Source of the DNA: an uncultured Thermoleophilia bacterium
GTDB taxonomy: Bacteria; Actinomycetota; Thermoleophilia; UBA2241
Length of the DNA stretch: 64,000 nt
Direction: 5' to 3'
NCBI GenBank assembly: GCA_963715985.1
Contig: CAVQSP010000017.1
Span: forward strand, 32,001 to 96,000
Part shown: one piece after another, positions 1 through 9,424 of the stretch
How the letters are laid out: each line of letters starts with the position of its first letter
How positions within the stretch are numbered: the first letter of the stretch is position 1
Made by a program: the position numbers and the translations under genes
The notes under the pieces: model-generated
What the model saw: the letters and a program-made list of their open reading frames with translations, nothing else
Database searches by the model: none
Told to the model about the DNA's origin: nothing

Positions 1-246
1 GTGCGCCACCACTTCGATCGCTCCGCCTGGGGTCTGCTGTGCGGAACCGCGCTCTTGTCGCTCTACGTCGCCTATGTGCAGCGCAAAGGACCGGGCACAG
101 TGTCCTGGCACACGGCCACGGCGAGTGGCTCGAGCACCTACATGGACCCCCGCCCCTGGCTGGTCGCCGGCTTGCTGCTCATTGTGGTCGGCGTCGCTGC
201 CTTTCTCTGGCGCGGGCGCAGCGTTAGCGACAACGCAGCGAGGTAG
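1..246 (+). CDS. Small membrane protein, probably 5'-truncated by the window edge
   Basis: Two hydrophobic segments (WGLLCGTALLSLYVAYV; WLVAGLLLIVVGVAAFLW); stop at 244-246. Confidence 0.55.
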   Translation: MRHHFDRSAWGLLCGTALLSLYVAYVQRKGPGTVSWHTATASGSSTYMDPRPWLVAGLLLIVVGVAAFLWRGRSVSDNAAR

Positions 247-400
247 TAAGTCCAAGCGGAGTGATTCCGATGGAGGCGTGACCGAGCCTCTCAGAGAAGA
301 CCTCTAGGTGCACGCCGGTACACACCAGCATCGTGGCATGGTCGTGGCACAGGTCACGGGCGACGCTCAGAGTGAGTCCGGCTCGTCGGCAAACGCCCGG
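245..400 (-). pseudogene. Tyrosine recombinase/integrase C-terminal remnant
   Basis: RDLCHDHATMLVCTGVHLEVFSERLGHASIGIT resembles the HDLRHxHATxL..GVHxKVVSERLGHAxIxIT box II consensus. The following LDLY motif is frameshifted, the catalytic H/R positions are degenerate, and there is no N-terminus. Confidence 0.75.
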
Positions 401-524
401 CAAACGAACGCAACGCCACTCCGCAGTCCTCACCATCACTTGCTGACACTCCGGCCCTGCTCCCCACGCTCAGGATGGCATTCAGCGGCACTTCGCGGTA
501 CCTCCTAACACATTAGTGGACGCG

Positions 525-569
525 TTTGCACGGCGGAGGTCAGGGGTTCGACTCCCCTGCGGTCCACCA
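525..569 (+). repeat. tRNA-Ala 3'-half fragment (att-like), copy 1
   Basis: TTTGCAC anticodon loop, GGCGG, AGGTC, T-arm AGGGG-TTCGACT-CCCCT, acceptor strand GCGGTCC (U70), A-CCA. No 5' half is present. Confidence 0.85.
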
Positions 570-912
570 CTGATTCTCAAGGAAATCGTCGCCTGTAAGC
601 CCCCCGCGCGACCCGCGTACCCGCCGTCTGCCACCATTCTGCAACCCAGAACCGTGCGTAGGGTTGGCGTGCTTGGACGTGCGCCTGGATGGCACGCATT
701 GGGACGCCTTGGGACGAAACGGGACTACTCCCCCACCTGGCGGGTATCGCCAAGAGACACGCGACTCCTGACATGAGCGATGCTCAACACGGGAGGCTCT
801 GGTCCGCCGGCGGCACGTTGCGGCCACCGCAGTCCGGCGGGGAGCCACCGGCAGGCTGGTCCGCTGGCCGGTCTTCGTTCTTGCCGGGACCGGGCCCTAT
901 GGGGCCGAGGGG
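570..912 (+). repeat. Conserved element arm following the tRNA fragment, copy 1
   Basis: TCTGCCACC/TCTGCAACC at 627/638, GGGAC at 701/711/721, and a GGCTC..CCGCCGG..CCGGCGG..GAGCC hairpin; homologous to 3890-4108, 6074-6250 and 62770-62954. Confidence 0.85.
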
Positions 913-1260
913 CCAGAGGGACAGAAGGGGGTGCCGCTTGGGAGAGCCCATCGCGTCAACCTGATGAGCCGTGTCCCTGCGGCACACCGCTCGTGGCCCG
1001 CCTGCGGTGGCAAGCCGGCTCGTGCTGCCCGCGTCGCCCTCGACGGCCGCTGTCGACGATGCCCAGCCTCCCGGCACCGCGCCCTTGGAGAAGGCCGAAA
1101 GCTGCGGTCTGGCGCCGAGCAGAGCGAGAGAGGACAGCACGACACGCGAGCCGGCGGCGCCCTTGGCCGAGCGTTCCCGATCATCGCGCCATCGCTGCCC
1201 AGGCTTCTGAGAGCCGCTCGCGACGAATCATGTGGGAGCCATGCAGAAGGGGGAGACGAC

Positions 1261-3485
1261 ATGAAGAAGCCAAGCGAGAAGCCGAGCCTGCTGACGGTGC
1301 TGGCATTGGCGCTGGCTGCGGCGCTGCTGGTACTCGCCATCGCGGCGCCGCGGGCGGCCGCGGGTCCGGAACTCCGCGCGGCGCCGCTGAATCCGGCCTT
1401 CCTGCGGTCCCTGGTCAGTCCGCCCGTCGGTGCGCCGTGGAGCGCAGCCGGCGGCCACGGCTTCGGCGAAACGCCCGGCCCGCAGGACATGTCCTACACC
1501 CGCGGGATGCAGGTGTCCGGCGCGAGCGAGCTCGGGACGCCGCCGGCGACCTACGACCTGCGCACGCTGGGCAGGGTCACCACGGTGAAGGACCAGGACC
1601 CGCACGGCACCTGCTGGGCGTTCGCCTCATTGGGCTCGCTTGAGTCCTGCCTCCTGCCCGGCGAGACCTCGGACTTCTCCGAGGACAACATGATCCTCCA
1701 GAGCGGCTTTGACGCCGGTGGTGACCCCTATGAGCACGGCGGCCAGCTCTGGAAGGCCACCGCCTACCTGGTCCGTTGGGGCGGCCCTGTGAACGAGAGC
1801 GAGGACGCCTATGGGGACCGCACTACGCCGCCAGGCCTGACCCCGCGCAAGCATGTGCAGGAGGTCGCCTGGATCCCCCTTCGTGGCTCGGCGCTCGACA
1901 ACGACAATGTCAAGAACGCGATCATGCGGTACGGCGGCGTCCATGTCTCGATGAGCTGGCCCGGCAGCACCGCGGGCGACTCCTCCTACAACCCTGCGAC
2001 GGCGAGCTACTACTACAACGGCAGCTCGGGCATCGACCACTCAGTCCTCATCGTCGGCTGGGACGACAACTACTCGGCCGCCAACTTCGCCACCACGCCG
2101 CCGGGCAACGGTGCCTTCATCGTCAAGAACAGCTGGGGCGCAGGGTGGGGCAGCAACGGCTACTTCTACGCCTCCTACTACGATTCCAGGTTCGGCCGCG
2201 AACAGCTCATGGCCGTGTACAACAGCGCGGAGCCCACCAGCAACTACACCGGCATCTACCAGTACGACCCCCTGGGTGACTGCAGCGAGATAGGGTATTC
2301 GAGCTCCACCGGGTGGTTCGCCAACGTCTTCACCGCCCAGACGACTGCAAGCCTGAGCGCCGTCGGCTTCTACACCCTGTCTCCGGGCACGAGCTATGAG
2401 GTCTACTCCGGCGCCAGCCTCGCGACCAAGACGCTGCGCACGAGCGGCACGCTGGCCTACATGGGCTACCACACCGTGACCCTGCCCTCAGCGGTGGGCA
2501 TCACCGACGGCCAGTCCTTCGTCGTCGCCGTGAAGGTCACGTCGCCCGGAACGACCTATCCGATCGCCTTTGAAGTCCCGATCGCCGGCTACGACTCCAG
2601 TGCCGCCACGGCGCAAGCCGGGCAGAGCTACGTGAGCTCGACCGGCTCGACGCTGGACGGACCTGACGACCCGCCACAGCAATGCCAACGTCTGCCTCAA
2701 GGCGTACACGACCGGGTCGGGCCCGCCCCGACGCCCACGCCCACGCCGACACCCACGCCCACGCCGACACCCACGCCGACCCCACGCCGACGCCCACGCC
2801 CACGCCGACGCCCACGCCGACGCCGGGCAGCGACGACGACATTCCCGGAGTGGCCATCCCATCGTCGCCGTTCACCGGGACCGTCTCCCGGGACGCTGAC
2901 CTGGACGACGTCTACGAACTCACGCTCAACAGCGGACAGACGCTGGAAGCGAGTATCAAAGGGCCCGCCGGCAGTGATCTTCGTCTCTATCTGTACGCGC
3001 CCGGCTCGGCGAGCGTCAAAGACCCAGACACGCCCTACGTGGCGGTGGCCCACGGCGCTTATCCCTGCAGCTTCACGTACAAGGCCACCCAGAGCGGCGC
3101 CTACTACCTCGACGTCTACGACTACGCGGGCGCGGGAGGCTACACGGTGACCTACTCCGTCACCTCGCCCACGCCCGGCGACACTGTCGGTCCCGTGTGT
3201 GCCGCGAAGAACGTCATCGTCAAGCGCGGCAAGACCTGCAAGATCTACTTCAAGGTGCGTGACGCGCTCAGCATGCTGGTGACGACTCATGTCGCCATCA
3301 CCACCGACTCCGGGATCGTCAAGAAGAGCTGGTCGTGGGGCTACGGCGTGAACTCCGTCGACTGGCGGTGGGCCAACTACACCTGCCGACTCGCCAAAGG
3401 CACCTACCACATCGTCGTCACGGGTGAGGACCTCGCCGGCAACAGGGCCAGCGTGGTCGGACGGGCCACGCTGAGGGTGAGGTAG
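1261..3485 (+). CDS. Secreted papain-family (C1A) cysteine peptidase with lectin-like domain, Pro-Thr linker, PPC-like domain and C-terminal beta domain (three apparent frameshifts at about 2653-2790)
   Basis: Signal peptide; QDPHGTCWAF, DHSVLIVGW and KNSWG catalytic motifs. WTDLTTRHSNANVCLKAYT appears in a shifted frame; the gene continues in ORF 2682-3485. Confidence 0.85.
2725..2826 (+). repeat. Coding (Pro-Thr)n tandem repeat
   Basis: ccgacg/cccacg hexamer array. Confidence 0.9.
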
Positions 3486-3889
3486 GGGACGTGCGCCAAG
3501 GCGGGCGGGGCAGACGCAGGGGTCGCCCGCCCGGGGCGGAGGTGGGGGGTCTTCGAGAGTCGGGTCACCGGCCCTTGGGGAACGGCCCGGGTCGCCCCTG
3601 CCGAGCACATGAGCGAGATTCGTGTGACGCGAGTGCCGCGCACGAAGCCGGTGACTGACGCCCACGGATCCCCCCGAGGGACTCGGAGATGGTTCTCGCC
3701 AGCCACCAGGCCGAGCTCACCCAGGGTAGGGCGAGGGGCGCCGCCGATCACGAGGTGCGCGTCAACACGGGCAGCACGCTGCTGCTCGAGAAGACCGTCC
3801 TCACGAAGCGCTCGTGGAAGAGCAGCGCGGCGCTGCCCACGAACGTCGCTCTCCTGGAGGGTGCGGGCCGGAAACGTCGCCGGCGATGC

Positions 3890-4108
3890 CGGGGGGTCTC
3901 GTGGGGACGAAACGGGACTACTCCCCCGCCTGCCGGGTATCGCCAAGAGATACGAGATTCCTGACATGAGCGGCGCTCAGTACGGGAGGCTCTGATCCGC
4001 CGCCGGCACTTTGCGGCCACCTTCATCCGGCGGGGAGCCACTGGTGAGGCCCGCGGGCGGGCCGGTCTTCGTGCCTTCCAGGACCGACAGCCCGGGGGGC
4101 CAAGGGGC
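3890..4108 (+). repeat. Conserved element arm, copy 2 (distal part)
   Basis: GGGACGAAACGGGACTACTCCCCC...GGGTATCGCCAAGAGA...TCCTGACATGAGCG...CGGGAGGCTCTG...CCGGCGGGGAGCCAC is shared with 711-849. Confidence 0.9.
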
Positions 4109-4132
4109 AGCTGAGGAAGGGGGCTGCGCGGG

Positions 4133-4570
4133 ATGACCAGGATCGAGAGGACCATCGAGATCGAGGCTCCGGTAGAGGAGGTCTTTGATTTCGTCGCTGA
4201 CTGGCGCAACAAATCGAACTGGTACGTAGGAGTGCTCGATTGGAGACCCACGACCGAGCAAACAAGGGGAGTGGGTGCACGGTTTGTCTTCAAGACGAAG
4301 TTCATGGGCATGCACCCCGAGACAGAAATGGAGACCCGCGCCTTCGTCGACAACCAGAACATCGAATACGTGTCGATCAGGGGCACCGACTTGAAGCGCC
4401 AGGTGCTGTTCGTGTCCCTGGACAACCGCACAGAGGTCACGGACATCTCCGAGTACAGGCTCCCGATGTCTCTCCTGGGTGACTTGATAGATGCGCTGTC
4501 GTTCCGGCGCCGGCAGGAGCGGCGCGCCGAGGAGTCCCTGCAGAAACTGAAGAGGCTGACGGAACACTAG
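4133..4570 (+). CDS. SRPBCC (polyketide cyclase/dehydrase-like) family protein
   Basis: IERTIEIEAPVEEVFDFVADW N-terminus; C-terminal SLQKLKRL helix. Confidence 0.85.
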   Translation: MTRIERTIEIEAPVEEVFDFVADWRNKSNWYVGVLDWRPTTEQTRGVGARFVFKTKFMGMHPETEMETRAFVDNQNIEYVSIRGTDLKRQVLFVSLDNRTEVTDISEYRLPMSLLGDLIDALSFRRRQERRAEESLQKLKRLTEH

Positions 4571-5125
4571 ACTGCTCTTTCGCCCCGCGGTCGCGATACT
4601 CGACGGTTCCGTGTCTCATCGAAAGGGGCCGACGCATCCTTTCGGGCGGCGGCCTGCAGCGTCACCGAGGCGGGCGTCGCCGCCCCGCCCGCCGGTTCTC
4701 TCTGAGCTCCGCGTCGATCCTCGCCGCGGCGACCGAAGCGACGAAGGCGACCGATCCCGCCGACCCCTCCGTTCGTGTGAAGGGACACGGGCGGAAAACC
4801 ACGTGTCGCGGCACCCGGACCGTGTCCCGGGCCTCCCGCATTGGGTCTCGGGCACAGGCGTGACCCCCAAGACAGAATCGACAGACCCGACGATCCGATC
4901 CGATCTGTGGCCTCCCGGCGATGCTGTCACCGACTCGCCAGAGCCGCCGTCAGCTCGTGTCGACCTTCTGCGCGGCTTCCCATGTCTCCGCGCCGCGCCG
5001 CACGCAGCCAGCAGGCGCCCGTTGCGCCGGCCGCTCGTCGGCGTCCAACGGCCACGGCGAAGAAACGCCCCCCTCGCTCAGTCTGTAGTGGCGGAGAGGT
5101 ATCTCCAACGACACGGGGAGGGGAC

Positions 5126-5989
5126 ATGGATGCCACGCAGTCCACCGAGCGGCGTTCCGCCGCAGGCACCTGGACGATCGCGCTCGTCGTCCTGCTTCTG
5201 CTGTGCGCGAGCGCGCTCGTGACCGCCTGCGGCGGCTCCGGCGGACAGGCAATGGGTTCGGCGCCTCCGGCAGCTTCGCCGAGCACGGCCCAGTGGGACT
5301 ACGTCGTGCTGGGGGACTCCGCCTTCGCCGCGCCGGACGGCTCGACGACGGTGGCGCACGCCCAAGCGCGGCTGATCAAGCGCGACCTCGGCGTGGACAC
5401 GAAGGTCTACTGGGCCTACTACCCGGGCACGACCAGCGCGCGCATTGCTGACGAGCTGCGCTACGACAAGCGGCTGCGCGAGGCGATCCGCACGGCCGAG
5501 GTGGTGCTCTTCGACGTGCCCGTCGGCGAGCTGAAGCAGACCGTCCCCTTCGACATGACGGCGTACCAGCCCCTCCCCGGAAGCCCGGAGAGGTACCGCA
5601 AGGGCATGGCGCGGATGCTGGTGGACTACCGCAGGGACGCAAGGGCGATCGTCAACGCGATCGTCTCCCTGCGCAGCCCCGACGAGGCGAGCATCCGGGC
5701 GATCGACCTCTGGCAGCTGGGCTACCCGGGGTTTCGCAAGATGGGCCTTGGCGCCGTCATGCGCACGGCCTGGCTCCGCATGAACAGGGCCGTCGACGAG
5801 GCGTGCGCGGCGCAGGGCGTGACGGTGGTCGACGCCTATGCGGCGTTCATGGGGCCTGACGGCAGGACGGACCCGGTCGCCGCCGGCAACATCCTGCCCG
5901 ACCAGATGCACCTGACGGACAAGGGCATGGCCACGCTCGCGGAGCTGCTCAACGAAGCAGGCTACGCGGAGATCGCCCCGACGCCGTAG
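5126..5989 (+). CDS. SGNH/GDSL hydrolase lipoprotein
   Basis: Lipobox VTACGG; VVLGDS block I; DQMHL block V. Confidence 0.8.
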   Translation: MDATQSTERRSAAGTWTIALVVLLLLCASALVTACGGSGGQAMGSAPPAASPSTAQWDYVVLGDSAFAAPDGSTTVAHAQARLIKRDLGVDTKVYWAYYPGTTSARIADELRYDKRLREAIRTAEVVLFDVPVGELKQTVPFDMTAYQPLPGSPERYRKGMARMLVDYRRDARAIVNAIVSLRSPDEASIRAIDLWQLGYPGFRKMGLGAVMRTAWLRMNRAVDEACAAQGVTVVDAYAAFMGPDGRTDPVAAGNILPDQMHLTDKGMATLAELLNEAGYAEIAPTP

Positions 5990-6031
5990 GCCAAGGGACG
6001 CCTCCTGGAAGGCCTGCCATACCTCAAACCG

Positions 6032-6250
6032 GCACGGCGGATGTCGGCGGTTCGAACCCCATGCGGTCCACCACTGATTCTCAGGGTGATCGTCACCTGC
6101 AAGCCCCCGCGAGACCCCCGAGCCGGCCGTCTGCAGCCATTCTGCAACCCAGATCCGTGCGCCTGGGTGGGAGTAGCTGGCGCTCGCTGCGGCCAAACGG
6201 GACTACTCTGGCGCCCGCGGGGAACCCCATTCGAAGTACGCGACTCCTCA
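6032..6250 (+). repeat. tRNA-Ala 3' fragment plus element arm, copy 3
   Basis: GCACGGCGGATGTCGGCGGTTCGAACCCCATGCGGTCCACCACTGATTCTCA...TCTGCAGCCATTCTGCAACCCAGA...AAACGGGACTACTC...CGCGACTCCT. Confidence 0.85.
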
Positions 6251-6299
6251 GGTGGTCGTCCATCCCAGGGGTCACGGGCCACGGAGCTGGGGGTGGGTC

Positions 6300-6941
6300 A
6301 TGGCGAGCCTCACGAAGGCCAGCCGAGAGGTCGCAGCTGTCGTCGCCCTGGCACTGAGCCTGGTGCTCTCTGGCCGCCTGCGGTGACTCGGGCAGCCCGA
6401 CCCCGACCCGCCCCTCGACCTTGCCGACGCGGAGCACCCCCGTCCCGGCCTATTCGTTCGACCCTGGGTCCGGCACCACCGCGGGCCTTCAGTAAGAGCA
6501 CGGACGGCCTGGAGTTCGTGCCCTGGGTCGACATGGAGGTCAGTGCGCTTGGCTACTGCGACGCCGGTGGGGACGGGCTCCTGAACTCGCACACGGTCGG
6601 CATCTTCGACACCGACACCAAGGAGCTCGTCACGCCCACCGTCGTCGTCGACAGCGAGAGCGTTCTGGACGGCTCCTACCGCTACGAGCCCATCACGCCG
6701 GTGGTCTTGAAGGAGGGCAGGTCCTACATGGTGGCCGGCGACTCTGAGCCACCCTTCGACCCTGTGGCTTTCGACCCTGTGGCGGGGGGCGGGAGCCGCA
6801 ACTGGGCGCCCGAGATGCGGTTCGTCGGGCACAGCGAGAGCTATGGCGACTTCGAGTTCCCAGGGTACGCGGAACCGGTACTTGTGGATGGCCCCCAACT
6901 TCAAGTTCATGCCGGTCCCGGCCGCCTCGCCCGCGCAGTAG
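6300..6941 (+). CDS. Lipoprotein with DUF4082-like beta domain (frameshifted)
   Basis: MASLTK..VVALALSLVL then AACGDSG in a shifted frame; GLEFVP..VSALGYCDAGGDGL..HTVGIFD..GSYRYEPITPVVL; ends WMAPNFKF...* in another frame. Confidence 0.6.
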
Positions 6942-6989
6942 GCAGTCGCTGGCCGACCGGCGCATCCGCGCTCTTGTCCCGACGGTGCC

Positions 6990-7110
6990 GCACGGCGGAG
7001 GTCAGGGGTTCTACCACCTGCGGTCCACCAGCACTTGCAGGTACATCGCGTCCTGTGGGCCTGCCGGGAGGCCCCCGCAACGGCCCTTTGCGACCATCCT
7101 GCATCCCAAC
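6990..7110 (+). repeat. tRNA-Ala 3' fragment plus short arm, copy 4
   Basis: GCACGGCGGAGGTCAGGGGTTCTACCACCTGCGGTCCACCA, then TTTGCGACCATCCTGCATCCCA (degenerate paired motif). Confidence 0.8.
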
Positions 7111-7336
7111 GCCGGTCGGGAAGGCGCCTTCGTCTCGGCGATGTCCTATCCGTCGGCGTGCCCGGAGATCGGCAGAGTGATGGTAAGAACGTCATCGCGA
7201 TGGTGCGTTGCTCAGGCCACGCCGGCCTCTCCAGCCGATGCCACTTCGACGGCCGTCCCGTTGCCATTCCAACCGCGCATTCACTTCCTCCTGTAGGGTA
7301 GCTGGGTAGCGGGCTCCGAGTGAGATCGGACTGCGT

Positions 7337-8200
7337 ATGAGCACTCATGGCTTCGGCAGTGCCATCATCCACGTGGACCACCTCTCCAAGCACTACGGCG
7401 ACGTGCGTGCGGTCGACGATGTCAGCTTCGACGTGGCCGAGGGCGAGATCCTGGGACTCCTCGGCCACAACGGCGCCGGCAAGACGACGACCATCCGCAT
7501 GTTGACCGGGCGCGTCCGGCCGACAAGCGGCCACGCACGCATCGCCGGCCACGACATCATGCGCGAGCGTGAGCACGTGAAGCCGCTCATCAATCTGGTG
7601 TTCGAAGAGCAGAATCTCTACGAGCGTCAAACGGGCCGCGAGAACCTGGAGCTGTTCGCCAAGCTCTACGGCGCGCCGTCGGCTCGCGTCCCGGAGCTTC
7701 TCGAGCGCGTCGGCCTGACGGACGCCGCATCCCGCAAGGTCAGGACCTACTCCAGCGGCATGAAGCAGCGGCTGCTCATCGTCCGCGCGTTGGTGAACGA
7801 TCCTCGCGTCTTGTTTCTCGACGAACCGACCAAGGGCCTGGACCCGTCATCGGCCCGTGACGTGCGTGGCATCATCCGCGACCACGCGCGCGCCGGTGCC
7901 ACCATCTTCCTCACCACGCACTACATGGAAGAGGCGGACGAGCTGTGCGACCGCGTCGCCTTCCTGGCAGCGGGCGTGATCGTGGCGCTGGACACGCCGC
8001 GTGAGCTCAAGCTCCGTTATGGCGAGCGCACCGCCACCGTCCTTCTGCGCGACCGGTCGGAGCACGAGATCCGTCTTGACGACGGCGGGGACGCAGCCCG
8101 TCTCGAGGCGTGGATGGCCGCCGGTGAGGTGCTCACCGTGCACTCCAACGAGGGCACCCTCGAGGATGTCTTCGTGAATCTGGCCGGGAGGCCCCTGTGA
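7337..8200 (+). CDS. ABC-2 type transporter ATP-binding protein
   Basis: GHNGAGKT, YSSGMKQR, LFLDEPT, TTH motifs. Confidence 0.95.
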   Translation: MSTHGFGSAIIHVDHLSKHYGDVRAVDDVSFDVAEGEILGLLGHNGAGKTTTIRMLTGRVRPTSGHARIAGHDIMREREHVKPLINLVFEEQNLYERQTGRENLELFAKLYGAPSARVPELLERVGLTDAASRKVRTYSSGMKQRLLIVRALVNDPRVLFLDEPTKGLDPSSARDVRGIIRDHARAGATIFLTTHYMEEADELCDRVAFLAAGVIVALDTPRELKLRYGERTATVLLRDRSEHEIRLDDGGDAARLEAWMAAGEVLTVHSNEGTLEDVFVNLAGRPL

Positions 8201-9288
8201 ACGTCGCGCGCGTCAACGCCATCTACCGCAAGGATCTGCGCGATGCGCTGCGTGACTCGCGCCTCATCATGGCCATCGTCATGCCGTTGCTCATCGGCCT
8301 CCTCTACAGCTTCATGTTCAAGGACGACACGAGGCCGGCGGCCAAGCTCGGCGTCGTCGCGTCGACGTCGACGCGGTTGCCCGTCGCTCTTCAGGCGGCG
8401 ACGAAGGCGGCCCTCCAGTTGAAGGTCCAGTCCTTTGGCGATGCAGCGGCACTGACCCAGCAGGTACGAGACGAGAACGTGGACGTCGGGCTGATCATCC
8501 CGGACGGCTTCGACGCGGCGCTGACGAGCGGCGCGTCGCCGAAGCTCACCGTGATCCTGCCGGCCTCGCCGAGCTTCGGCGGTGACTACGTGGCGGCGGT
8601 CCTCGACCGGGTGACGCAGGCGCTCGCGGGGCAGGTGCCGGCGGCGACCATCGCGCGGGTAGTGCTCCCCGCCAGGGCCGGGACCTCTGCATCAGCATTC
8701 GAGACGCTCGGCGCGCGGAAGGGCTTCGTGCTCGTCGCCGTCATCCTCATGCTCGCCATGATCGCCGTCTACGCGCTGCCCGCCGTGCTCACCGAGGAGA
8801 CCGAGAAACGCACCGTGGAGGCGCTCACTCTCATCGCTTCCGACGCCGAAGTGATCATCGCCAAGTCGCTGTTCGGCCTCACGTACTGCCTGATCTCCGT
8901 GCCGCTGATGCTCGTGATCACCCGCGTGGTCCCCGAGAACGTCCTGCTCTTCGTCGTGGACGTCGTGCTGACGTCGGTGGCCCTGGTCGGCCTTGGTCTG
9001 CTGCTGGGTGGGCTCATGCGGACGCAGACGCAGCTCAACACCTGGAGCAGCGTCGCCTTGATCCCCCTGATCGTCCCGGCCATCATCGTCGGGCTGCCCG
9101 TGCCCGGCTGGGTCGAGGCCATCGTGTCCGTGCTGCCCACGGCGCAGACGATGCGGCTTGGGGTGAACGCGCTGGCGGGCCGCCAGCTGTTTGGCGCGGA
9201 GTGGCTCTCGATCGCGATCATCGTCGGCTGGGCGGTCGCCGCCTACGGCCTCGTCTGGTGGCGGCTGTCGCGCCAGGAGGCGGCCTGA
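8197..9288 (+). CDS. ABC-2 type transporter permease
   Basis: Overlaps the ATPase stop; multiple TM segments; EETEKRTVEAL motif. Confidence 0.9.
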   Translation: MNVARVNAIYRKDLRDALRDSRLIMAIVMPLLIGLLYSFMFKDDTRPAAKLGVVASTSTRLPVALQAATKAALQLKVQSFGDAAALTQQVRDENVDVGLIIPDGFDAALTSGASPKLTVILPASPSFGGDYVAAVLDRVTQALAGQVPAATIARVVLPARAGTSASAFETLGARKGFVLVAVILMLAMIAVYALPAVLTEETEKRTVEALTLIASDAEVIIAKSLFGLTYCLISVPLMLVITRVVPENVLLFVVDVVLTSVALVGLGLLLGGLMRTQTQLNTWSSVALIPLIVPAIIVGLPVPGWVEAIVSVLPTAQTMRLGVNALAGRQLFGAEWLSIAIIVGWAVAAYGLVWWRLSRQEAA

Positions 9289-9424
9289 CGGCCTTGCCTC
9301 GGCGATCGTGTGACTGGCACGCCAGGGCCGATGCGCGGCTCGCAGCAGGCGGTCCTCAGCATGAACGTTGGAATCGAGCATCAGCTTGGGAACACTCCAT
9401 GCGTCCAGCGCGAAGGAACGGACA

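Noticed and set aside
490-569. Intact tRNA-Ala gene
   Set aside because: There is no 5' acceptor strand (GGGCCGC) or D-arm upstream; only the 3' half is present.
540-848. Minus-strand ORFs sharing SCQESR / GLQNG / WWTA peptides (540-848, 3748-4446, 5078-6196)
   Set aside because: These are read-throughs of the non-coding repeat and the antisense tRNA end, not a protein family.
6455-6480. GTTCGACCCTGGGTCCGGCACCA as another tRNA end
   Set aside because: The T-stem cannot pair and the sequence lies within a coding region.
525-7110. CRISPR array or classical integron attC sites
   Set aside because: The repeats are hundreds of bp long with gene-sized spacers. No cas or intI gene is present and no RYYYAAC/GTTRRRY boxes are evident.
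9316-9362. Possible highly degenerate sixth tRNA-Ala fragment (GGCAC...GCGGTCCTCAGCA)
   Set aside because: The spacing is similar, but there is no TTCGA loop or arm motifs; compatible with chance.
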